This document shows, piece by piece, positions 1-6,766 of a DNA stretch of 26,382 nt. Numbering within the stretch: the first letter of the stretch is position 1; each line of letters begins with the position of its first letter. Below the pieces are notes generated by a model, which worked only from the letters and a program-made list of their open reading frames with translations, made no database searches and was not told where the DNA came from. This stretch comes from a virus (lineage: Duplodnaviria; Caudoviricetes): positions 1 to 26,382 of IMG/VR virus record IMGVR_UViG_3300032243_000668; one strand, 5' to 3'. Position numbers and translations under genes: made by a program.

Positions 1-75
1 GGCCCTAAAGGGCCTTTATTACTGCACCTACATGCTCCGCAATACTGCACTAGTGCAGTAATAGTTATTGCACTA
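1..75. repeat. Iteron-like repeats and palindromes, candidate replication origin
   Basis: TA(C/T)TGCAC at 20, 43 and 66 (23-nt period); perfect 18-bp palindrome TACTGCACTAGTGCAGTA at 43-60; GGCCCT-AA-AGGGCC at 1-14; directly downstream of the primase-helicase stop. Confidence 0.55.
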
Positions 76-78
76 ACT

Positions 79-2037
79 CTAGAATGGCTCATTTGTCACC
101 TTTTTGCTGAATAAGCCATCGCTAGCCTCTTCGATTAAACCGTCAGCTTTGGCCCGCTTAACGCGTTCCTTTGCTTGCCGTTCCTGTAGCCCAGTGGCCT
201 GCTGTACAAATGTAACAACTTGGGTGTACTTAGCCCCTTCAGGTAGCTTGGCCCAATCGATCGTGGACGCCCTACGGCCCACTGACTTTTCGGGCGCTCC
301 AACCTCAATCCACGCCATCCCCTTGTCGGCATGCTTGAGGTGAACCAGCGGCTGCGTCTTGCTGGCAATTAAATCGCTTGCAGTTACGCCAGAACGCAAT
401 CCAGACCGCTTTCCGCGCTTGGTTACTTCCAGCTTGTAGGTGTACGTGCCTTGCTCGTCCTGGCCACAAGGCGACAGCATTAAAACGGCTCTGGCCCAAT
501 TCGTCAGCTCGCTTGAACCAAATCCGCTATACGCCTTGTCGTGCCCTTGGTAACCGCTTCCGTCCCGTGTTGGCTTTGGGGTATGGTGCATAAGCATCCA
601 AGCAAATCCGCCAGATAGGGCGAGCGGGTTAAGCAAATTACGCAAAAAGCCACCGGCAGTCTCTTGGCTAGATAAGTCGCCACCGATAAACGCCAGCAAC
701 GGATCTACCCATGCTAAATCAGGCTTATGCTTATCACCTAGGCGACGCATCCTATCGACGAACCGCTCCCCCGTGGACGTGCAGTCACGCACAATCACAA
801 TGTTTTGCTTTACCAGTTCCAGCTCCTCTGCGGTCAGATCCAGCGCCCTTAGAATGCCCTGCAACGCCTCTGCCACGTCGCCCTCATCGTTCTCAGCCTG
901 CACGATTAGCGACTTCAACGGCTTGCCGTGTGGCGATATGCCAAACAGATCACGGCCGGCCGCCCATGTAATTGCGGCCTGTAAGCACAGCACGCTCTTG
1001 CCAAGGCCACTGCTACCAACCCACAACGCCGAGCCGCCACGACAAATCCAGCGTTTGCCTAGTAGCTGGGTTGGATCTTCAATTTCCTTAAAATTAAGCA
1101 AATCGTCCCACTTGTACGGCTTAGGAATATCTCCGTAGATCGTGCGCTCCTGCCATTCCATGTAACTTAAAGTAGGTGCGCCACACTCGACCAGCTCCTG
1201 CTGTAATCCTGTGGCCGTCCTCATCGCACCAGGCAACCGCGACAAACGGCCTGCGTCCTTGTTGGCCGGATCGGGCTTACTGTGCTCTAGGTGCTTGTAA
1301 ATAAAGTCCACACGTTCAGCGAACTCCTTGGCATTGGCTGCCCTGATCTCCACCCATGCGTGCAGGCTGCGTGATCCGCTCTTTATGATGGACGACGTGG
1401 GCAACCCACTGCGCTTAATAATCGCCCACTGTTCGGCCATCGTGCTTTCATCGAACTCAATTAGGCAGTGGCGGTACTTTACGATCGATTCCGCCTTCCG
1501 ATTCTTTCCGTTGTTAGCGTTAATCGACACATAGACGCCCACTGCATCGCCTTGCCACTCCTTCAATCCGTCGCCCTTAAACAGCTCTAGCCATTCCTCT
1601 CGGCTTCTTGTCTCGCCTGCGCCGTCGGGCCGCTCGCGGTCGCCGTCCTTAATTGATCGACATATATTGATCTGATCGCCCACGTCAAAACAGGTAGTCA
1701 GAAACTTATCTACCGGCCCGCTTTCCACGCTTATCGGCATCGGCGGCACTGGCAGATCCTCACGAACGATCGCCCCGTTCTGATAGGCATACTTGGCCTT
1801 CGGCCTCCACGCCTCCCTGGCTGGTTTGCTAAATGCAGATCTAACCGCACTGACGGCCTCGTTCTGGGATAGCCCTACTTTAAATGCCCACTCCTCTGCG
1901 TTAGTCGTTGCGTCGAACTCTGTCAGCCCTTGGTCGCGCCATTGGCAGGCCAGTTTAAAGAGCTGTGTGTTGCGCTCGCCTTCAGCAGCTCCGTTGCGGT
2001 GAATGGCCTCGATTGCGGGTGGGAGTGGTGCGATCAT
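79..2037 (-). CDS. Primase-helicase: PriCT-like N-terminus, AEP/RepB-type primase, AAA_25 (RecA-like) helicase
   Basis: EGERNTQLFKLAC (PriCT-1-like); HCLIEFDE, SGSRSLHAW, RLSRLPG (AEP/RepB primase motifs); Walker A GSSGLGKS, WVDPL, MHHTPK. Confidence 0.88.
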   Translation of the reverse strand: MIAPLPPAIEAIHRNGAAEGERNTQLFKLACQWRDQGLTEFDATTNAEEWAFKVGLSQNEAVSAVRSAFSKPAREAWRPKAKYAYQNGAIVREDLPVPPMPISVESGPVDKFLTTCFDVGDQINICRSIKDGDRERPDGAGETRSREEWLELFKGDGLKEWQGDAVGVYVSINANNGKNRKAESIVKYRHCLIEFDESTMAEQWAIIKRSGLPTSSIIKSGSRSLHAWVEIRAANAKEFAERVDFIYKHLEHSKPDPANKDAGRLSRLPGAMRTATGLQQELVECGAPTLSYMEWQERTIYGDIPKPYKWDDLLNFKEIEDPTQLLGKRWICRGGSALWVGSSGLGKSVLCLQAAITWAAGRDLFGISPHGKPLKSLIVQAENDEGDVAEALQGILRALDLTAEELELVKQNIVIVRDCTSTGERFVDRMRRLGDKHKPDLAWVDPLLAFIGGDLSSQETAGGFLRNLLNPLALSGGFAWMLMHHTPKPTRDGSGYQGHDKAYSGFGSSELTNWARAVLMLSPCGQDEQGTYTYKLEVTKRGKRSGLRSGVTASDLIASKTQPLVHLKHADKGMAWIEVGAPEKSVGRRASTIDWAKLPEGAKYTQVVTFVQQATGLQERQAKERVKRAKADGLIEEASDGLFSKKVTNEPF

Positions 2038-2225
2038 TTTTTGACCAACCCTTCCAACGCTTTCTTAATCACGTACTCAATCACTGCCTCTTGATCTTTC
2101 TTTAACTGCTTCAGCCCAAATGCGTGCAACAACTTGGCCGTCTTAGCGTCATAGGTTACGTCGACCAGAACCTGCTTCGGCGCAGGGCGTGCTTTGCCAA
2201 AAGTAATTTTGCCTAGATCCTTCAT
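2034..2225 (-). CDS. Hypothetical protein (63 aa), possibly DNA-binding
   Basis: ATG at 2225 (MKDLGKITF...) overlaps the upstream stop as ATGA; its stop overlaps the primase ATG. Confidence 0.7.
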   Translation of the reverse strand: MKDLGKITFGKARPAPKQVLVDVTYDAKTAKLLHAFGLKQLKKDQEAVIEYVIKKALEGLVKK

Positions 2226-2401
2226 TTGCGTTTGCTCCTCTTTTTGCGTGGCTTCACTTCCTTCCAAATCTCAAAGTCCTTGTCGCACTCGACGGACAAC
2301 AACATCAGCCGCTGATACAGCCACCCGCCCCAGCTCCACCGAGCAATCGTGTGGCTGACCATGTCTCCTAGGTAATAAAATATAATTGAAAGCAGTTTCA
2401 T
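2222..2401 (-). CDS. Hypothetical protein (59 aa), not in ORF track
   Basis: MKLLSIIFYYLGDMVSHTIARWSWGGWLYQRLMLLSVECDKDFEIWKEVKPRKKRSKRK; ATGA overlaps at both ends. Confidence 0.7.
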   Translation of the reverse strand: MKLLSIIFYYLGDMVSHTIARWSWGGWLYQRLMLLSVECDKDFEIWKEVKPRKKRSKRK

Positions 2402-2574
2402 TTTTTGGCCTCCATCGCCTTGGCCTTATAGCCCTCGGCCTGCTTCAGCATTTCGGTTGCCATAAGAACGGCCAGATCCAGCCGAGTGCGTACTGCGTCG
2501 TACTGCTTCTTTATCAAATTCTTCTTCGCACGTTCGAGCACGGCGAGATGCCAGGTGAGACGCTTTACGCTCAT
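2398..2574 (-). CDS. Hypothetical helical protein (58 aa), not in ORF track
   Basis: MSVKRLTWHLAVLERAKKNLIKKQYDAVRTRLDLAVLMATEMLKQAEGYKAKAMEAKK; ATGA overlaps at both ends. Confidence 0.72.
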   Translation of the reverse strand: MSVKRLTWHLAVLERAKKNLIKKQYDAVRTRLDLAVLMATEMLKQAEGYKAKAMEAKK

Positions 2575-2933
2575 ACAAAATTAAACTGCGGATGGATGTC
2601 GAATGATTCCCTGGGTGTTCTTCCAGCGGATATATTTGCTGCCACAGAATGCTGGCCAAGCTCGTAGGTAAGAATTGCGTGACAGTTTTTACAAACTACA
2701 TCGCATTTTTTTATTTCGTTGTTCAGCTTTTCAAGTGAATAGCTTGAGCAATTTGATATATTGAACTTTTTGATTTCGTCGTGTCTGTGATGAAAATCCA
2801 ACTGTGGGCCTTTAAGGTTTTTGTTTCCACATTTTTGGCATCCTTGGCTTTCCTTGTATTTTGTTATGTAGGCGATGCGTTGCTTGTGTTTTTTACTGCA
2901 ATACGACCGCCTATCTCTCGGAACCCAGCTCAC
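2571..2933 (-). CDS. HNH endonuclease
   Basis: CQKC...LDFHH...CDVVCKNCH zinc/HNH pattern; GTG at 2933 overlaps the upstream stop; visibly AT-richer than its neighbours. Confidence 0.85.
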   Translation of the reverse strand: MSWVPRDRRSYCSKKHKQRIAYITKYKESQGCQKCGNKNLKGPQLDFHHRHDEIKKFNISNCSSYSLEKLNNEIKKCDVVCKNCHAILTYELGQHSVAANISAGRTPRESFDIHPQFNFV

Positions 2934-3058
2934 CACTGCCCCATTCCCCACCGCATCCGATTATTTCGGGCGATGATCACTTGTTCGGCGTACTGCTCCG
3001 GCGTGTAGGTGCCGATGATGCGGCCGGAGAACATGGCTAGGAGATCGGCTAGGCTCAC
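2930..3058 (-). CDS. Hypothetical protein (42 aa), not in ORF track
   Basis: MSLADLLAMFSGRIIGTYTPEQYAEQVIIARNNRMRWGMGQW; GTGA overlaps at both ends fill the gap exactly. Confidence 0.65.
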   Translation of the reverse strand: MSLADLLAMFSGRIIGTYTPEQYAEQVIIARNNRMRWGMGQW

Positions 3059-3336
3059 AGCACCGCCTTGGGCAGCGGCCCCGCCAGCTTATAAACGTAC
3101 TTATTGCGATCGTATTCCAGCGGATAGCCAAAAAAATCACGCAGCAGATCGATGTCCCGCTGGATGGTCTTGTAGCTACATTCGAGCTTAACGCCCAACC
3201 TAGCACAGCTAGGCAGCGTTAGATCTCGGCGCAGCATGCCAGCAATCACGCCCAAGCGGCGAAACGTCGGCCGTGTATCGCCAAGGCCAGCGGCGCGATT
3301 GCGTTTAGATGCGAACGTGGCGGCTCTGGTACTCAC
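3055..3336 (-). CDS. Winged HTH protein (HTH_11, like the N-terminus of YafY/WYL regulators)
   Basis: LGVKLECSYKTIQRDIDLLRDFFGYPLEYDRNKYVYKL matches the S-x-[RK]-T-I-x-R-D-I-x-x-L-R pattern. Confidence 0.8.
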   Translation of the reverse strand: MSTRAATFASKRNRAAGLGDTRPTFRRLGVIAGMLRRDLTLPSCARLGVKLECSYKTIQRDIDLLRDFFGYPLEYDRNKYVYKLAGPLPKAVL

Positions 3337-3749
3337 TTCATCACCTCCACCATCGCCACCTTCGGCAACCGCATCGCGTTAAACTGTTTTTCGCTGGCGG
3401 CAAACACGTCGATCACCGGCAACTTCCCACCGCTCGCCTTCTTGCTCTTTACTGCCGTGCCCGTATCTACAGCCACCCACTCGCGCTTTCCGCCCATCAC
3501 GCGAATCTTTGACCACAGTGGAATGATGTCTGGATCGACGGCGCAGTGGCGACCAGCACGCAACCTGGTGCCAGTGCTCGATTGATAGCGACTGCTCCAT
3601 TCATCCTCACCCGGCCAGTATCCAGTGATGCGAACTTTGATTTTCTTCACGTTGATCTTCTTTGCGAGGGGGCGCAGATCGATTAAGGCGTTACTTAGCT
3701 TTGTGGTTGTAAAGCCAAGCAGAGCGATGATTGAAAGCAGTGTCCTCAT
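3333..3749 (-). CDS. 3D-domain (Asp-Asp-Asp, MltA-like) protein with hydrophobic N-terminus
   Basis: ITGY...CAVDPDIIPLWSKI...AVDTGTAVK...IDVF; N-terminal MRTLLSIIALLGF. Confidence 0.85.
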   Translation of the reverse strand: MRTLLSIIALLGFTTTKLSNALIDLRPLAKKINVKKIKVRITGYWPGEDEWSSRYQSSTGTRLRAGRHCAVDPDIIPLWSKIRVMGGKREWVAVDTGTAVKSKKASGGKLPVIDVFAASEKQFNAMRLPKVAMVEVMK

Positions 3750-3898
3750 AGCCCGCTCCTAATGCGATCGATCAGATCGTTCTCGCGTCCTTCGGCGGCC
3801 GCCAGCGCAGCCTTGGCCTCCGCCAGCTCACGGGCCAACGAGCGCACGCGGTTAAGCAACTGCTCGTGGGTAGATTGTTCTGGGAGCACTTCAATCAC
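3746..3898 (-). CDS. Small coiled-coil protein (50 aa)
   Basis: GTG start overlapping the nuclease stop; LLNRVRSLARELAEAKAALAAAEGRENDL heptads; ATGA overlap downstream. Confidence 0.65.
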   Translation of the reverse strand: MIEVLPEQSTHEQLLNRVRSLARELAEAKAALAAAEGRENDLIDRIRSGL

Positions 3899-4676
3899 AG
3901 CGCACCTCCCGCGGATCGTACTTCTTAAGCCAACGCCACACCTTGCAGATCGACGTGAACGCCTCAAACGCTTGGGCAACTTGCTCGGCTGTGTATTTGA
4001 TGTCCTGCAACTGGCCGGTGACTGGATCGATCAGAATGTTCCGGCACGCCATGCCTTCATCCGTAAAGGCGTACGCGTAGGCGGACAGTTGGAGCAAATC
4101 AGTTTCATAGCCGGTGGCTTTCGAGATGCCTTTTGCATCCGTCTTAAATTTGCGGGTCTTAAAATCCACCACCTCGATCTCACCGTGAATATCGCAGATT
4201 AAATCCACTCGCCCTGCGTAGCCTTCGGCCTCGTTGACCAACACAGCCTCATTGACGTGCACTTTTGAAACACAACACTCCCGCCACTCTTTCAGACCCG
4301 CATAGTGTTCCTCATAGCCTTTGATTAAGTCGCCCGGATCCTCGCGGTTGATTATAATTTCAGCCAGGGAATGAATGTGCGTCCCGCGGGCAGCGGCGGC
4401 CTCCACCTCCTTGCGGCTGTCTGCTAATGCCCGCTTTGCAAAATCAGCCAGCGACTCGCCTTCAATGCCTGGCAAAGAAAGCGATGCCGCCATCGCCTGC
4501 TCGACTTGCCAATTTATCAGGCCAGTTTTTTGCGGGCCAGCGGCTCCAAGAATTGTGGTGACAGATGGGAACGCACCCACCTTCCGGGCGGATCGAAGAT
4601 CACCGTGGCACGACTCGCCTGACGGCAAGTAATAGTGCGACGATTCCGTCTTTGCCGTGGCAATAAGCGCAGCCAT
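3891..4676 (-). CDS. PD-(D/E)XK exonuclease (Cas4/RecB-like phage recombination nuclease)
   Basis: PSVTTIL, RGTHIH, YAGRVDL, VVDFKT, QLSAYAYA; ATG at 4676 in TAATG overlap. Confidence 0.88.
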   Translation of the reverse strand: MAALIATAKTESSHYYLPSGESCHGDLRSARKVGAFPSVTTILGAAGPQKTGLINWQVEQAMAASLSLPGIEGESLADFAKRALADSRKEVEAAAARGTHIHSLAEIIINREDPGDLIKGYEEHYAGLKEWRECCVSKVHVNEAVLVNEAEGYAGRVDLICDIHGEIEVVDFKTRKFKTDAKGISKATGYETDLLQLSAYAYAFTDEGMACRNILIDPVTGQLQDIKYTAEQVAQAFEAFTSICKVWRWLKKYDPREVRCD

Positions 4677-4771
4677 TACTGCCAATCCTTAATTAGTCGC
4701 ATGGTCATTAGAGCCAGCACGACTGCTGTGGTTGGGAATACAATTTGAACTACTAAAGTTAGGATTTCCAT
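4676..4771 (-). CDS. Small membrane peptide (31 aa), not in ORF track
   Basis: MEILTLVVQIVFPTTAVVLALMTMRLIKDWQ; A-rich leader; TAA overlaps the nuclease ATG. Confidence 0.6.
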   Translation of the reverse strand: MEILTLVVQIVFPTTAVVLALMTMRLIKDWQ

Positions 4772-4784
4772 ATTGGTTTCTTTC

Positions 4785-4815
4785 TGGCCGAGGTGGGGAT
4801 TGCCCACCCCGGCCA
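4785..4815 (-). promoter_or_regulatory. GC-rich intergenic hairpin
   Basis: TGGCCGGGGTGGG-CAATC-CCCACCTCGGCCA, 13-bp stem with one G-U pair on the minus strand; no U-tract follows. Confidence 0.55.
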
Positions 4816-4820
4816 ATTAC

Positions 4821-5303
4821 TCAGAACGGCACGGGTGTTCCGTCGGCATCTAGTTCCACAACGGCTGGTTTTGTTGCGCCCGAACGATTGCATTTCCGGA
4901 CGAAGTCTTTGTCGACTTTCACTTTGTTAGCTCCGGCAGGCAGCACCGCCTGCACGTTTGCGTATGTAGAGCCATCACGCTCCGCATGTGTCACAAGGAT
5001 CTGGCAGGGCTTACCTATTAGGGTCTCCAGATCCAGATTCTGCGGTGGTGCCTTTTTGGCGTACGATTTCAGATCTTTGAACAGAGCCGCTTTCTCATGC
5101 AGGCTCAGTCCATAACGCCGGCCGATGGTGAACGGCCGCCCGTCCTCCATCTTTTCAGCGATCTGCCAGACCAACCTGATCTGGTGCTTCTTTCCATACT
5201 GCGTTTCCACCACGCCGAGATCCTCAACGTCGCAGAACACTGCGTCGTGATTCCCTTCAGGTGGGGGGGTGTATGTTCCACCTCTGCTTGCTACTATTGG
5301 CAT
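4821..5303 (-). CDS. ssDNA-binding-like protein (phage OB-fold, NGO0469/DUF669-like)
   Basis: PEGNHDAVFCDVEDLG, SLHEKAALFKDL, LIGKPCQI, TYANV; SSB-type acidic C-terminus DADGTPVPF; next to the nuclease. Confidence 0.75.
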   Translation of the reverse strand: MPIVASRGGTYTPPPEGNHDAVFCDVEDLGVVETQYGKKHQIRLVWQIAEKMEDGRPFTIGRRYGLSLHEKAALFKDLKSYAKKAPPQNLDLETLIGKPCQILVTHAERDGSTYANVQAVLPAGANKVKVDKDFVRKCNRSGATKPAVVELDADGTPVPF

Positions 5304-5353
5304 ACTAGGATTTCCTTTCTTGGTTTCTTTGTTTTTGTTTCTTGGATTTGCGA

Positions 5354-5569
5354 TTACTCGTCATCGCAAAAGTCATTGTTGTTGTGCGGTTGGTTAAGGT
5401 CTTGGAACTCGCGGTCGGCCAAGTGCCACGCGATCTCATGCTTGCGGGCCAAGTCTTTGGCTTGCGCTAAGTCGCCGCGATTAACTGCTTTCACAACTCG
5501 CTCGGCTGAGTTGCGACAGGCCATCACTTCAATGTTTTCGATTAGGCGGAATTTCGTTAGGTCGGTCAT
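5354..5569 (-). CDS. Hypothetical protein (71 aa)
   Basis: ORF fits the tightly packed operon; acidic C-terminus. Confidence 0.7.
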   Translation of the reverse strand: MTDLTKFRLIENIEVMACRNSAERVVKAVNRGDLAQAKDLARKHEIAWHLADREFQDLNQPHNNNDFCDDE

Positions 5570-5571
5570 AA

Positions 5572-5712
5572 TTAGCCCCGCCGGTTGTTGCCGTAGTAAT
5601 CGGCGAAGCGTTGGAAGTCGTAATCGGAGTCACGCTCCTCGCGCTCGTAAGCCTCAGTTTCGTAATCTGGCTTATCGTTGTTAAATTCGGTTGGCTCTTT
5701 TGGTTGGCTCAT
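5572..5712 (-). CDS. Small acidic, aromatic-rich protein (46 aa), not in ORF track
   Basis: MSQPKEPTEFNNDKPDYETEAYEREERDSDYDFQRFADYYGNNRRG; ATGA overlap upstream, 2-nt gap downstream. Confidence 0.68.
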   Translation of the reverse strand: MSQPKEPTEFNNDKPDYETEAYEREERDSDYDFQRFADYYGNNRRG

Positions 5713-6044
5713 TTTGTTTTATCCTTCATCGACAAGCGGAATGATTTGGCAGTCATCGCCACTGCTTCAGCCGTCAGGCACTTGGTTGTAAAACGCCAGA
5801 TGCGCCAGCCCAGGTCGGCGGCTGCTCGGTACTTCTCACAATCTTTCACCATTCCCATCCCCCGCCCGTGACGGCCGCCAAACGGTAGGAACGCACCACC
5901 GTCCAGCTCGATCGCACAGCGGGCGGATTTGCAGGCGTAGTCGAAACGCCATTTGCGTGTCGGGTGAAACGTGTGCTCGGCCACCAGCTCCGGCCCGCCA
6001 GCTACTTTCCACAACACTAGAAATTTACTGGCTAGTGCGCTCAC
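5709..6044 (-). CDS. Vsr/DUF559-like restriction-fold endonuclease (possible resolvase)
   Basis: EHTFHPTRKWRFDYA...AIELDGG...GRH...DCEKYRAA..LGWRIWRFT. Confidence 0.8.
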   Translation of the reverse strand: MSALASKFLVLWKVAGGPELVAEHTFHPTRKWRFDYACKSARCAIELDGGAFLPFGGRHGRGMGMVKDCEKYRAAADLGWRIWRFTTKCLTAEAVAMTAKSFRLSMKDKTK

Positions 6045-6304
6045 GATTGCGCCCTCTTGAGCAGGCTTGCCACCACCTCTTGAATGCCGTCTAGGTCATT
6101 ACGTAGCTTGCGGTACTTGGTTTGGAGATCGATTAAAGCAGTCGTCTGCGAGAGCTGAGCCGATCCGTAGGATTGCGAGACAGAGATCGGCAGAATGCCC
6201 TCTGCTTCAAGGTCGCGAACAGTAGCCGCAGGCGGATAGAACGCCCCGGCCACGCCGCCTTGGTTTTCAGGTGCGGGGGCACCGTTTCCCTTGGCGTAAA
6301 TCAT
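6041..6304 (-). CDS. Hypothetical protein with C-terminal coiled coil
   Basis: ATGA and GTGA overlaps with neighbours. Confidence 0.65.
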   Translation of the reverse strand: MIYAKGNGAPAPENQGGVAGAFYPPAATVRDLEAEGILPISVSQSYGSAQLSQTTALIDLQTKYRKLRNDLDGIQEVVASLLKRAQS

Positions 6305-6462
6305 CTGCCCTCCCTAAAGAATCGACGCATTTGATCGACTACCCACCCAAAGACGAGCACGGCCACGGTTAGCCCAGCAATTCCAGAGCCTACGAATAAA
6401 GCCCAGCCAGTGATCAGCATGGATACCTGGGCAAGATCCCGCATAACTTCCCACGAGATCAT
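6301..6462 (-). CDS. Small membrane protein (53 aa)
   Basis: MISWEVMRDLAQVSMLITGWALFVGSGIAGLTVAVLVFGWVV...; ATGA overlaps at both ends. Confidence 0.68.
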   Translation of the reverse strand: MISWEVMRDLAQVSMLITGWALFVGSGIAGLTVAVLVFGWVVDQMRRFFREGR

Positions 6463-6716
6463 TTGCTGGCCTCGTGCTGGGCGTGCCACATGCGGCACAC
6501 GGCGGGGTTAGGGTGATAAACGAACGCGTCTGGCGTTAAATCGTACCCGCCCCGCGAATTTAAATTTAGTTGTTGGTAGTGAGCCTTTTTAGGCTCAGTT
6601 ATTACCGCCGTGTTACCGTTTCGGCGTAAGTCGTTGTAGTGATAAGCATCGGACGGGGTGGGATTTGAACCCACGGATTTATTTCCTCCTTTGTTTTGAT
6701 GTATTATGCTTTGCAT
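6459..6716 (-). CDS. Hypothetical protein (85 aa) spanning attP
   Basis: Leader AATAACACACAGCAACC-ATG resembles the capsid leader ATAACAAACCACC-ATG; stop overlaps the next ATG as ATGA. Confidence 0.5.
   Translation of the reverse strand: MQSIIHQNKGGNKSVGSNPTPSDAYHYNDLRRNGNTAVITEPKKAHYQQLNLNSRGGYDLTPDAFVYHPNPAVCRMWHAQHEASK
6650..6675 (-). other. attP: attP core: 3' fragment of a tRNA, probably tRNA-Ser
   Basis: Minus strand C-GTGGG-TTCAAAT-CCCAC-CCCGTCC-G = T-stem/loop, 7-nt acceptor strand and discriminator G; no 5' tRNA half; about 90 bp from the integrase start. Confidence 0.85.
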
Positions 6717-6766
6717 GGTTGCTGTGTGTTATTGCTTTAAACTGAGCAAATGTTACCCTTGTAACT

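Noticed and set aside
2426-2659. 77-aa minus-strand ORF in the track
   Set aside because: Overlaps the HNH gene and the better-coupled 58-aa ORF at 2398-2574.
3891-4676. Cas4 of a CRISPR system
   Set aside because: No Fe-S cysteine cluster pattern or cas context; fits an ordinary phage exonuclease next to an SSB.
4785-4815. Intrinsic terminator
   Set aside because: No U-tract on the coding strand; kept only as a hairpin.
5097-5684. 195-aa plus-strand ORF
   Set aside because: Antisense to three supported genes; no motif.
6650-6675. Complete tRNA gene
   Set aside because: Only the T-arm and 3' acceptor strand are present; no D-arm, anticodon arm or 5' strand.
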